Shown here: positions 13,620 to 26,600 of the stretch, in pieces | Layout of the letters: every line of letters begins with the position of its first letter | How positions within the stretch are numbered: position 1 is the first letter of the stretch | Origin: Eledone cirrhosa | Lineage: Eukaryota | Direction of reading: 5' to 3' | DNA: 64,000 nt | Assembly: GCA_964016885.1 (NCBI GenBank) | Contig: OZ024742.1 | Span: 281,108,001-281,172,000 of the forward strand | Position numbers and translations under genes: made by a program | The notes under the pieces: generated by a model | The model's input: only the letters and a program-made list of their open reading frames with translations | What the model was told of the DNA's origin: nothing | Database searches by the model: none

Positions 13620-16600
13620 TTTTTTCATTTATCTTGCTTTATGTTCATACGAGTTATCATCAAGTCACAACCAGTGACCTCAAGAGAAAACAAGGTCCAC
13701 CATGTTCAAGAAAAAACACATACAAACATGTATCTTTAAGTGTTTACACTTGTAATGTAATTATATTGACAGCCACTTCCTTAGTATATGGGCATTTCCC
13801 GTTAATACTATCTTTTGTATTTCTTTTATACGCGGGTTTTCTGGGATTTGAGATAAGTAATCATTATACCCTTTAGGTATCATTCCTAGAACGACTACAA
13901 CCACTGGCATTGATTTAGTTCTCAACTTTTTTTCCAATCTCTATTTCCAGGTCTTTATTCTTGCTCAATTTTTCAAACGTTTTTATAGAAACATTCTTGT
14001 CTATAGGTACGGTCATCTCAATTAGCAGGCATACCCTTTTTTTAAAGTCCTCAGTATTATATCAGGTCTCTTTGCATCTATTATTCGGTTTGTTTGGACG
14101 CTAAAGTTCCACAAAATTGAGATGTGACATTTTTTCAAGTGCGGGAGGTTGTTTATGCTCCCACCAATTCTTTTGATGAGGCAGGTTAAAATGCTTACAC
14201 ATTATCCAATGTATTGTGCCGCTCTGTCGTGCCTGTTTAGGTATTCGGTTGGAGCTCTAGGACTGCACATTGAGATTATATGATCAATGTTCTCTGGTTA
14301 TATTTTTAAATACACGGCATGATGGGTTGCATCAATTTTTTACGATGTTGGCTTGATAATTTTTAGTTGGCAGAGACTGATATCGTGCTGATAAAATCAG
14401 TCCTTCGGTATCCGTTTTCAGTCCCGTGGATGCCATCCTCTGATGGACTAAATTTTTGTCTACATCAATATTATTAGCTCTTTCTGGGTTATTTCCCTAC
14501 AGAGGCTTTTCTTGCCATTTTATCGCCAGTTTCTTTAGTACATCTTTCTTTGCAGTTACTTTTACCTGCTTTGCTTTTTCTGTGTTTGTAACGAAGTATG
14601 ATATTTTGTTGCTTTCATGTGCCAAAACGAGTTTTATCATGTAGATAATCCAATTGTTGCACTCTAACTGGATTAATCCACGTCCTCCTTCTTTCCTAGG
14701 GAGATATACTCTATATGTATCTGCCTTAGGGCGATGTATTCTATGCATGATTAAGAATTTAAGATTTTTCTAACTTTCGTATCGAGTTTACAGATCTCTG
14801 TGCTTGACCAGTTGATGACATTGAAACTGTAAATTTCTACTGGTATGGCAACTGTGTTTATAGCATCGATCCTATTCTTTGCAATCAATTCCTTTCTTAA
14901 AATTGCTCTTACTCTGCGGTAACATTCCTTCCTTATCCTTTCCCTCATTAACGAGTGCTTGATTCCGTCTCCTTCACAAACACCTAGATATTTATAAGTT
15001 TCTTTTGATCAATTCTCTTATCACATTCCCTCGATCAAAATTAACGTCTGAACTTCTCAGCAGCTTTTCTGTGATGAACGTGGCGCATTTATTTAGTCCA
15101 GACTTAATTTTAATATCATAACTGAACTGCTTCACAGTGGATAATAGCCCTTGTAATTGCACATAATGTTTTTGCAAATAGCTTCCTGTCATCCATGTAG
15201 AACAAGTGATTAAGGATTTTGTCATAGAATTTATATCCATGTTTTGTTTCATTGAGCAATTTACTTAATGGTATGAGTAGGATGCAGAATAAAAACGGTG
15301 ATAAAGAGTCACCCTGAAAAATTCCACAATTCACATCAACTTCTTCAGTGACTTTTTTTCACAGTTCAAAGTTAGTGTTGTTTTCCATGCTTCCATACTG
15401 AATGACAGGAATCTCCTGACAACAGAATATATTTTGAAAATCTCTAAACACTTTTAAAATCCAACTGTGTGGCAAACTATCAAATGTTTTTTGTAATCTA
15501 TTCAACAATTTATAGATTTTTGTGTCTATTATGACATTCTTCCAGAATCATTTTGTCAATCAAAAGCAGATCCTTACAGCCATATGAGCCTCGTTTACAT
15601 CTTTTCTGCTCATTGGGGAATATATCATTCGCTATCAGGTGATCATATGTATATTCAGTTAGGATTGATGTTACGATTTTATACATTGTGTTCAAGTAAG
15701 TTATCGGTCTGTAATTTGTTTGATTATTTGTCCCTTTATTCATCGGAAGTAAGAATCTAATGCCATTAATGTCATGATGGTATCTTTTAAGGCTCCTTAA
15801 CCATTTTATTGTAAAGTTGGGTTAATAGCCAAGAGACTCTGTGAAGGCATTTATCAAAAGATTTCCATTTGCTGGATTTTCCAAGAGCTAAACGCAGATG
15901 TTCAACTGTTATATTTTCCCATGTTTGTTCCTCAAAGAGAACATTATCTTGACTTTAATCTCTTTATCCAAGGATCATGTATATTATGAACTTTTTCTTC
16001 GGCCCAGATCTTTTTGAAGCATTCTTGCACTTCTTCCTTGGGTGGCATTGATATATCAGTTATTGTTGACTCGCCAATTTTTCTATAAAATATTTGTTGG
16101 TTATTTTTTAACATGTTATTATCCTTATAGAATCTGGAGCGTTTTTCTAAGAGCCTTATACGAACGCTTTGGCCGGCACTTTTGGCTTGTTTGTTTCGAT
16201 CATCCTGTGTATGTCGCTTTTTGATTTTATATTGTATTTTCTTTTCAATTTTATGAGTTTAGATTGTTTAACATGTTCACCTACTTTATAGTTTGCTAAA
16301 ATTTCTGTCAGATCGAAGAAGATTTATTTGGTGATTGATGTTCTCTTGCCAAGTAGGATTTTTGTGGGCATTCCTTTGTTTCTTTTCAATTTTCACGCTA
16401 CATAAGTGAATAGAGACTTAAGCCGATGCATATTAAAGATGATTTAGTACAGTAATATTTAGTTTATTTGTGGTGATAATGTCTTTGAGAGCTATCCGAG
16501 TCTTGCGTATTATCCTCTGATTTTGTTTGGAATTCTGGATTTTATGGAGAGTGTCTCGTTCCTCCGTGTCAGATTCTTTCATTTTCAGCCATTCAATCAT

Positions 16601-16842
16601 AATTTCATTCTTCAAGTGTGCGAGTTCATTTGCATTTATTTCTTTATCATTGATAATCGCTTCATTGTCTTCATTTTGAGTTCCATCTTGAACATGCACA
16701 CCTTCCACTTTTTCGATCCTTTCATTAATTTATTCTGCTCTCAGTAATTCCGTCCCCTCCCTGAGATTTAAAGTGTTACAATTTCCTTCGTTTTCCCTGG
16801 CACATGTTTCCTTTTCCCTTCGATGAGTTTGTGCTAATTGCT
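13620..16842 (-). mobile_element. R4/Dong-like non-LTR retrotransposon, family A copy A1 (old, degenerate, 5'-truncated)
   Basis: Fragmented ORFs with [21 protein letters not shown] and YLPRKEGGRGL; 3' UTR matches other A copies and ends at a short ATT tract. Confidence 0.9.
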
Positions 16843-17467
16843 GACTTGTTGTTTATGTCGAACATCTGCTGCGGCGTGTAGGACAGAACCGGCTATCAGC
16901 TGAGTCCATTATGAAGATTGTTCCACCGCCCTCCTTTAAGCAGGAGGGACAGGCAGTTTTTATCTGCCTGGTGGCCATGGTAAAAGAGGTCGTATGGTGG
17001 ACGAGTCTCAAACGGTTGAAGACGGGCACTTTCCTCTTCGGTGACGCCCTCATTAACGTTTTCACCTGAAAATAAAAATCAGGGTGGAGAGTGAAGTGCT
17101 GCTTTCCAGCCAGTTTGTTGAAAGTTGAGAGAGTGAGGCAAGAATGGCCCGTGTGGATAGGCATAATCTGAGAGTGTGCCTGTAGTATCGTAGGAGGAAA
17201 AGTGGAAGAGGGGATTTGCCCTAGCGGTCAGGTTGACCGGGGCATTTTGTGAGCTTTCTCCACGAGAGACTGTCGGACGTCTTCCCCTATTGGGGAATTA
17301 TTCCTTTGTTTTCATTTTACTATTACATCCTTTGTTTTTGCTTTTTATATATATATAAACTTTGTTTTTTCTTACACACAGAAATGTCTCTTTCTACCGT
17401 CCTGTACCGTCATGGGCTGTGCTTAATGTTACATTTTATGTCGATCCTTGTGTTTAATAAAGAAAGC
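16838..17467 (+). mobile_element. Tx1-like LINE 3' fragment C0 (diverged subfamily)
   Basis: Homologous to the ORF2 C-terminus and 3' UTR of C1-C3 (gctgacttg..tttatgtcgaaca; ttaataaagaaagc followed by (ATT)n). Confidence 0.9.
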
Positions 17468-17489
17468 ATTATTATTATTATTATTGTTG

Positions 17490-17690
17490 TTCTTTGATGT
17501 TATTTAACTGGAAAGTTAAATTGAAAGGAATATCAAACTGCTACCTGCAGCCTCAGATATTCAGGACGTATCGGAGGATTTTTGCTGTTCCCAGCAAGCA
17601 TGCCTTTTGAAGTGCTCCAAAAAAGCGAGACTGGACTAATCTTCTTTAACCATCCTTGGAAGCTCTTTTTGATAGTACCTAGTGCGCCTA
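17490..17690 (-). mobile_element. Family B 3'-end fragment B0 (~200 bp)
   Basis: ctacctgcagcctcagatattcaggacgtatcggagg... matches 27910-28060; ATT tracts on both sides. Confidence 0.85.
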
Positions 17691-17847
17691 TTATTATTAT
17701 TATAGTTGCATTTATCTTGCTTTATGTTCATACGAGTTATCACCAAGTCACAACCAGTGACCTCAAGAGACAACAAGGTCCGCCATGTTCAAGAAAGAAC
17801 ATACATATACACACTTGCATCTTTTAGTGTTTAGACTTGTGATGTAC

Positions 17848-20800
17848 TTATATTGACAGAATCTTCCTTAGTATATGGGCAGTTCCCATTAGTACTATCT
17901 TTTGTATTTCTCCTATACGCGGGTTTCCTGGGATTTGCGATAAGTAATCATTAGACCCCTTAGGTATCATTCCTAGAGCACCTACAACCACTGGTATTGT
18001 TTTAGTTCTCAATTTCCACATTTTTTCAATTTCTATCTCCAGGTCCTTATACTTGCTCAATTTTTCAAATGTTTTTATAGATACATTCTTGTCTACTGGA
18101 ACGGACATATCAATTAGCAGGCATACCCTCTTTTTAAAGTCTTTCAGTATTATATCACGTTTATTTGCATCTATTTTTCGGTCTGTTTGGATGCTAAAGT
18201 TCCACAAGATTGAGATGTGATCTTTTTCAAGTATGGGAGGTGGTTGATGCTCCCACCAATTCTTTTGATGAGATAGGTCAAAATACTTACACATTATCCA
18301 ATGTATGTATTGTGCAGCTCTGTCATGCCTGTTTATGTATTCGGTTGGAGCTATAGGACTGCACATTGAAATTATATGATCAATCGTCTCTGGTTGTTTT
18401 TTACATACATGGCATAAAGGGTTGCATCCACTTTTTATTATGTTGGCTTGGTAATTTTTTGTTGGCAGACACTGATCTTGTGCTGATATAATCAGACCTT
18501 CCGTCTCCTATTTCAGTCCAGAGGATGCCAACTACTGATGGGTTAAAGTTTTGTCAACATCAGGATTGTTAGCTCTTTCTGGGTATTTTCCATACAGAGG
18601 CTTTTCTTGCCATTTCTTACTTTGCAGTTACTTTTACCTGCTTTGCTTTTTCTGTTTTTCATTTCAGCAGTAAATGGAACTTCTGAGATTTGTAGTCCAT
18701 TACTGTATCTTTGTGCATCTTTTGTAATTGAGTATGATCTTTTGATGCTTTCGTGTTTCAAAACGAGTTTGATCATCCAATCATGTGATTCCCTTAGATA
18801 TGTAGATAATCCAATTGTTGCAGTTTTCAACGCAATCTCTAACTGGATTAACCCACGTCCTCCTTCTTTCCTAGGGAGATATATTCTATCTGTATCTGCC
18901 TTAGGGTGATGCATTCTGTGCATGGTTAAGAATTTTCTAAATTTTGTATCGAGACTACGGTTCTCTGTGCTTGACCAGTTGATGACATTGTAACTGTAGG
19001 TTACTACTGGTATGGCAAGCGTGTTTATGGCATCGATCCTATTCCTTGCTTTAAATTCTGTTCTTAAGATTGCTCTTACTCTGCGGTAACATTCCTTCCT
19101 TATCCTTTCCCTCATTGTCGAGTGCTTGATTCCGTCTCCTTCACAGACACCTATATATTTGTATGTTTCCTCTTGATAAAGTTCTCTTATCACATTTCCC
19201 TGATCAAGATTAATGTCTGAACTTTTCAGCAGCTTTCCACTGGTCAACTTATGCGCATTTATCTAGTCCAAACGCCATTTTAATGTCATCACTGAACTGC
19301 TTCACAGTGGATAATAGCCCATGTTTTGCAAATATTTTCAGGTCATCCATGTAGAACAAGTGATTAATGGTTTTGTCATAGACTTTATATCCATGTTTTA
19401 TTTCATTGAGCATTTTACTTAATGGTATAAGTGCGATGCAGAATAAAAACGGTGATAAAGAGTCACCCTGAAAAAGTCCACAATTAATATTAACTTCTCC
19501 AGCTTCCAGTGATTTTTTTTTCACTATTCAAAAGGAGTGTCGTTTTTCATGTCTTCATACTGAATGACAGGAACCTCCTGACAACGGAGATATTTTGAAA
19601 ATCTCTAAACGTTTTGCAATCCAACTGTGTGGCAAACTATCGAATGCTTTTTTATAATCTTCCCAAGCAATTGAAAGATTGTTGTGTCTATTATGACAAT
19701 CTTCCAGTATCATTTTGTTAACCAAAAGCTGATCTTTACAGCCGTATGAGCCTCGTTTACACCCTTTCTGGGAAATAGATCATTTGTTATCAGGTGGTCA
19801 TATGTATATTCATTTAGGACTGATGTTAACATTTTATACATTGTGGTCAAGCAAGTTATCGGTCTGTAATTTCTGGGATTGTTTGTCTCATCATTCTTCG
19901 GAAGTAGGAATGTAATGCCGTTAACTAGCCACGATGGTATCTTTTCTGGCTCCTTAACTATTTCATTGTAAAGTTGGGCTAACAGATCATGAGACTCTGT
20001 GGAAAACATTTATCCAAAAATTTGGTATTTGGTCTTTTCCCAGGGATTTCCATTTGCTGGTTTTTCTAAGAGCCAAACGCAACTCTTCAACTGTTATATT
20101 TTCCCATATTTGTTCCTCAAGGTGAGCTGTATCTTTCATTTGTCTGTCTATCCATGGGGTATGTATATTATGAACTTTTTCTTCGGCCCAGATCTTTTCC
20201 CAGAATTCTTGCACTTCCTCCTTGGGTGGTATTGATTTAGCAGTTATTGTTGACTTACCAATTTTTATGTAGAAGTTTCTTTGGTTGTTTTTGAACATAT
20301 TATTGTCCTTATAGAATCTAGATCGTTTTTCAAAGCGCCTTATACGAGCAGCTTTGGCCGACACTTTTTGCTTGATTACTTCTATCAGCATGTCTATGTC
20401 ACATGTTGATTTTATACTGTACTTTTTTTTCAATTTTCTAAGTTTCGTTTGTTTAACATGTTCACCTACTTTGTAGTTTGTTAAAATGTCTCTGTCAGAT
20501 CGGAGAAGGTTTATTTGGCGATTGATGTTCTCTTGCCAAGTAGATTTTTGTCGGAATTCCTTTGTTTTTTTCACTTTCACTCCACATAAGTGAGTGGGGA
20601 CTTTAGCCGATGCATAATAGAGGTGATTTAGATCAGTAATATTTATTTTGTTTGTGATGATAATGTTTTTGAGAATTATGTTAGTTTTGTGTATTATCTT
20701 TTGGTTCTGTTTGGAGTTCTGGATCTTAGGGAGAGTGTCTCGTTTACCCATGTCAGATTCTTTCATTTTCATTCATGCAATCAAAATTTCATCCTTCAAG

Positions 20801-21436
20801 TTGGCAAGTTTATTCTCATTCATTTCTTTATCATTTCTGATCTCATTATTTTCATTTTGAGTTTCATCTTTAGCATGCACTCCCTCCACTTTTTCGATCC
20901 TTTCTTTAATTTGTTCTGCTGTCAGTGATTCCGCCCCAACCCTGGGATTCGAAGTGTTACAATTTACCTCGTTTTCACTGACACATGTTTCATTTTCCCT
21001 TCGCTGACTTTGTGCTAATAGCTTGATCTGATCAATTTCTATATCAGTTAGTAACTTTTTTTTACAATATTTCTTCGTATATTGGCTAGTTTGTTACTGT
21101 CAATATAGCCTCTGTTTTGGGGATGTTTCTTTTTCCAGTTGATATATGTCTGTTCTGTATTTGATCTACTTGCTGGGTAGTACATGGCAGTGTAGAAAGC
21201 CTCAAGTACTTCTTTATTGTCTTCCCTTGATCATTTTCCTCTCTTTTTCTTGGTGGGGAGCATGGAGGGCCAACAGTAGGAGTATACCAGTTATGGGAGG
21301 TCTCCAGCTCCGAAGTGATGGGAAGGTTTGAACCATTAGCTGATTTTTCGACCCCAGTCTGGCTCCTCTCTGAGGGACGTGGCCCTTTTTGACCCGGGTG
21401 ACGGCCGATCCGGTATGAGATTTTATCATTAGACAT
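17848..21436 (-). pseudogene. Frameshifted single ORF: RT, CCHC knuckle, restriction-like endonuclease
   Basis: MSNDKISYRIG start; NYRPITCL; QGDSLSP; YMDD; RHD...DIIL...LIDMSVP...KLSKY...VVGALG, all in broken frames. Confidence 0.9.
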
Positions 21437-22137
21437 TTACTTTATTTTGTCGCGTTTTATCCTTATCCGCCAAGGGGTAATCATTTCGTGTTACCACTTC
21501 TAGGACGAGTGTAAACCAAGACTAGAGGGGTCGTCCTCCTCTAGAGACACGACTATTCCTCGCTGGCCGCCATCCCGGTATTTCTTGGTCACGTGGTTTT
21601 GTTTTTTTGTTGTTTTTAAATTGTTATTATCATGAGTGGTTCCTTAATGTGAGCATTGCGTGGCTTAAGAATGAAATTATTATTAATAATATAATATACT
21701 TTTTGTTGAAGTTGCCTGTTGTTGTTGTTGGCTCTGTCGGTGGTGGTGCTGGGGCATTTTCTATTGTTGGTGGGGAAGGGGGGAGCCAGCAGTGCCATAG
21801 CCGTTGACGTTTGACCGTCTACTGATACCGCCACTTTCCCCTTTCTTAAGTTAACAGAAGGTAGTGGGGGAATAGTGGTGGTAGCAATGAAGTAGTGGTG
21901 GCGGCGGTGATGGGATAGTGGTAGCAATGATGGAGTGGTGGCGGCGTCGGTGACTATAGTGATGGCGTTATCGTTACTTAGTTCTGTTGAATAGACTGTA
22001 GTAGGATCCGTTTGTTTGATCTGTATATCTATGCGGTTTGTCGCGTATGTTTAATATATATGTTGACATATTTCCTTAATATTTGAATTAAACATTTTGA
22101 GAAAACTTGAGATACAATAATAGTAATTATTATTATT

Positions 22138-22317
22138 GGCATTGGCAGTATCGGTAGAGGCTCGGATGCCATGCTTCCCAGCATAGTTACATCCCTTTAC
22201 GGTCTGATTTCAAAACCCGCCAAGGTGAACTTTGCCTTTCATCGTTACGGGGTAGATAAAATAAAGTACCAGTAATGCACTGGGTATTTTGCTGGCCTTG
22301 GGCCAAAAGGTAGAAAC
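22138..22317 (+). mobile_element. SINE inserted in the A2 5' UTR
   Basis: Absent from the homologous A5 position (~56200); flanked by duplicated aattattattat. Confidence 0.9.
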
Positions 22318-22707
22318 AATTATTATTATGCTGGCATTGGTGGTGGTGGTGAAAATGCCGTTATCTGGCTGTTGTATTTAGTGTACACAGACGCGTGATG
22401 GGATAGGTGGTGTATCTAGGTTGTTGTGGTCGTGAAATTGCTGTTATTTGGCTGTTCTATATAGTGTAGACAGAGGGGGTTTTCTTCCACTTTCTTTTTT
22501 GAATATAAAATTTATAATACAAAATTGAATATTTGAGCGATATAACAGAATATTATTGGTCCTCATTTCCTGAAAGTTAAGCCCGGTCCTTAATGTCACA
22601 TTTGTACTACAAATTGTTATATCACAATGGTTTTAAATATGTTAAAAATCAAAAAACTTACTGAAGCTTTTCCATAACACTCCATCCACCGCGAGCATCT
22701 CTTCCAG

Positions 22708-22741
22708 TCTTCTTCTTCTCTTCTTCTTCTTCTTCTTCTTC

Positions 22742-22791
<50 letters not shown>

Positions 22792-22857
22792 GTTGTTATT
22801 CCTTGAATCTCAGTCATTGATGTTGGTTAACTGGAAAAAATTATTATTATTATTATA

Positions 22858-22912
<55 letters not shown>
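22708..22912. repeat. (TTC)n-(ATT)n tract containing a ~40 bp 3' tip of family B (22800-22838)
   Basis: ccttgaatctcagtcattgatgttggttaactggaaa is identical to the B1 3' end at 27849. Confidence 0.85.
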
Positions 22913-22913
<1 letters not shown>

Positions 22914-23622
22914 AGTTGCATTTATCTTGCTTCATGTTCATACGAGTTATCACCAAGTCACAACCAGTGACCTCAAGAGACAACAAGGTCCGCCATGTTC
23001 AAGAAAGAACATACATACTCACACATGCATCTTTAGTGTTTAGACTTGTGATGTACTTATATTGACAGAATCTTCCTTAGTATATGGGCAGTTCCCATTA
23101 GTACTATCTTTTGTATTTCTCCTATACGCGGGTTTCCTGGGATTTGCTATAAGTAATCATTAGACCCCTTAGGTATCATTCCCAGAGCGCCTACAACCAC
23201 TGGTATTGTTTTAGTTCTCAATTTCCACATTTTTCCAATTTCTATCTCCAGGTCCTTATACTTGCTCAATTTTTCAAATGTTTTTATAGATACATTCTTG
23301 TCTATTGGAACAGACATAGCAATTAGCTGGCATACCATCTTTTTGAAGTCCTTCAATATTATATCAGGTCTATTTGCATCTATTTTTCGGTCTGTTTGGA
23401 TGCTAAAGTCCACAAGATTGAGATGTGATCTTTTTCAAGTATGGGAGGTGGTTGATGCTCCCACCAATTCTTTTGATGGGGCAGGTCAAAATGCTTACAC
23501 ATTATCCAATGTATGTATTGTGCATCTCTGTCATGCCTGTTTATGTATTCGGTTGGAGCTATAGGACTGCACATTGAAATTATATGGTCAATGGTCTCTG
23601 GTTGTTTTTTGCATACACTGCA
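22913..23622 (-). mobile_element. Family A copy A3, 3' fragment (endonuclease domain and 3' UTR)
   Basis: VCKKQPETIDHIISMC...RHD, RPDIILKD, VVGALG; 3' UTR as in A2 and A4. Confidence 0.92.
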
Positions 23623-26600
23623 AAAACAAAATACAGAGGGAAACAAATAAATTAAGAAACAAAAATGTTAGGACAGATATGCCACCATCCACACCAGCAT
23701 CACCAACACCATCACCATCATTAACCCCAACACCACCATCACCTACACCACAAAAGTCACCAAAATGCGAAACAGAAACAAACCCACAACAAACGCAAAC
23801 AAAACAAAACAACCAAAACGATACACACTACACAGCATTAAATTTGAACAACAAACAATTATTACACTACATCCAACACAACACCAGCATCACAGAAAAA
23901 GACTACACAACAACCCCAAAATTCACACCACCTCCACACATACAAATCACTCGCATCACACAGAAAAAGTACATGACACTAAACAGAAATTCCCCAAAGA
24001 CATCGGAGACTTCCGACAAGCACTCTCCAGGAGGATTTATAAGGACATCATTCCTGAGGAGGCCACAAGCAGTGAAAAGGATGGAAAAACCGTCCTTCCC
24101 CTACGAGAAGTAAGGTAAGTGGTCTTTCCCATCTTTTCCACTCCTTTTCAACATGACCTCACTCAGAATAGGCAGCATAAATGCGCGTGGCTTGGGGTCG
24201 TCATGGAAGCAGGGCCACCTGCTCAACGACCTCAGGTCACTAAACATAGATGTAGTGGCCATCAGCGAGACCAGAATCTCCGAAGCACAGGCTTTCGCAC
24301 CGATCTTCGGCGGCTACGATGTGAACGCATCTCCCAGCCGTCCGGGATCGGGAGGAGGAGTTGCTGTGCTTTTTCGGAGAGATTTGGATCTTGCCATACG
24401 GGCCATCTTCCTGGACCCAGAGGGTAAGTTGGTGTTGCTGGACGTGACCAGCGGAGACGGGCAAGCTTTCAGGTTAGTGGCCGTCTACGCCCCGACAGGA
24501 GCAGGGCGGCCTGATTTCTTCCGGCGTCTGGAGACCTTTCTTGGAACGTCCCGCTCTTTAGTGTTAGTGGGCGACTGGAACGGGATCTTAGATGCACGCT
24601 GGGACTGTGTGGGATTAGCGGATAGGGGTGGAGGGTGCAAGAGCCTCACCAACCTGCTCAGGCGTTTTGAACTGTCTGACAGGTACCGAATGGATTTCCC
24701 GAATGTACCAATGTGGACTTGGACAAATCGCATAGGGTCACCCAGATCATATCTAGATAGAGTATTTTGTAGGGAAATAGATAGGTCTAGCATAGGCTGT
24801 CCACAATTCAAGATAGTCAGCTACACAGACCACATATTCGTGAACTGTGTGCTTGACTTAGATAGGCTTCATAGACGAGGACCCGGCTACTGGAAGCTAA
24901 ACGCGTCCCTACCAGCGCGCAAGGCCTACAGAGACCGGATTAGCGAACTAGTTAAGCGGGCGTTGACGGGGGCCATCGTCAACAACAAGTGGTGGTTTGC
25001 CCTGAAAAGAGCAACTAGAATAGAGTCCATTAGGTTTAGTAAGACTTTAGCAATAGAGAAAAATAGAGCAGAGGGAGAATTAGTTAGAAAGTTAGATGAG
25101 GCGCTTAGCAAAGGCATCGCATCTGACGTACTTGCGGCGAAATTGGCCCTTGACCAATTCTTCAATGCAAAGCACGAAGGCTGCGTTGTCAGAGCTAGGG
25201 TGCGTGCTCTCAGACACGAAGGGACGAAAGCCATTCAATGGGCCCGAGTGGCGGAGGCGCGTCGTGGCAACAAAGCCACGATCCGGTCTTTGGTGGACCA
25301 CGACGGGCGCATGCTACTCGATCCCGGGCAAATGTGTGAAGCTTTTCAGCGACACTTCGCCCAACTGTTCGGGGGCAGTGGCGGGCCGGATCGAGGGATG
25401 GACTTTAGTGTCTACCTCGACGGACTGCCGCGGATTTCGGCCACTGAAGCGGAGTGTTGCGAAAAGCCGATAACAACCGCTGAAGTACGGGATGCAATGA
25501 CTAGTTGCACAAGGGGTAAATCGCCTGGTTTGGATGGTCTGCCCTATGAACTTTACGTACAAATGCCAGACTTGTTCAGAGGCCTCTTGGCGGACGTCTA
25601 CTGCAACTGGCAACAGAACGGGAGAATTCCCAGCTTGTGAGCCGAAGAGCGGTGGCGCTGCTGAGAAAGGATCCGAACAAGGGGGATAACATAGATAATT
25701 TTAGGCCCATAATTCTGCTAAACACAGAGTTCAAGATTTTGGCCAAGGTGCTAGCAAAGAGGTTGGCGCTTGTCGTTGGTGGTCTGGTGGGAGAGGCGCA
25801 GACATGCGCCATTCCCGACAGTTCCATCCACGACAACCTCCACCTCTTGCGATACATTGTAGAGAGGGTAGCTAGGGAACCTGGCACGGGTGGGTCTTTG
25901 ATAAATTTAGATCAGTCGAAAGCCTTCGATAGGGTCGACCATCGTTACCTAGCGGCAGTCCTGAGGGCGGCTGGCTTTGGGCCCGACTTCAGAGGCTGGA
26001 TCGCTGCCATGCACGGCGACATCTGCTCTGTAGTGAGAGTGAACGGTCACCTTTCGGAACCGTTCAACAACATGCGCTCGGTCCGCCAAGGATGTCCCCT
26101 CTCGACCCTATTGTACGTATTGACTCTCGAGCCATTACTGCACAAACTGGAGACGTTGAGGGGGGTCCCGCGCGAACTAGGATGCGGAAGATCCGTGTCA
26201 GCATATGCCGACGATGTCACCGTCGTGGTGTCGAACGCCAAACACATCGAGACGATCGGCACTACACTAAAAGAATACGAAGCGGTGACAGGAGCAATGA
26301 TCAACCAAGAAAAGTCAGTGGGCCTGCAGCTCGGCACCTGGAGAGGCAGGTCCATGCCGTCCAACACCGTTGTAGGGCGCTGGACGGACGGGCCGGTTAA
26401 ATTGCTAGGGGTCTGGTTCGGTCCAGACCTCCAGACGGACAAAAACTGGGACGAGGTGACGAGCAGGGTGTCTTCTCTCACCCAGAAATGGGCCGAGAGG
26501 AAGCTATCCTAGAAAGGTCGAGCGGAGGTGGCTAACGCGTACATCGCGTCCGTCATCTACTACCGCCTGACCGTCGTACCTTGTCCTAAGCCCCGCCTTA

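Larger units (their letters stand above)
17704..22710 (-). mobile_element. R4/Dong-like element, family A copy A2, near full length (~5 kb)
   Basis: Colinear with A5 including the ~1.2 kb 5' UTR; 3' end abuts (TAA)n on its own strand; 5' end runs into (TTC)n(ATT)n. Confidence 0.92.

Noticed and set aside
21555-21580. HDV-ribozyme-like string cctcgctggc (and ggcgaatg at ~31370)
   Set aside because: They lie antisense to the elements, and I could not build the full P1-P4 nested double pseudoknot.
23574-24113. 179 aa ORF read as a standalone gene
   Set aside because: It is a chimera across the A3/C1 junction: antisense A sequence plus the truncated ORF1 of C1.
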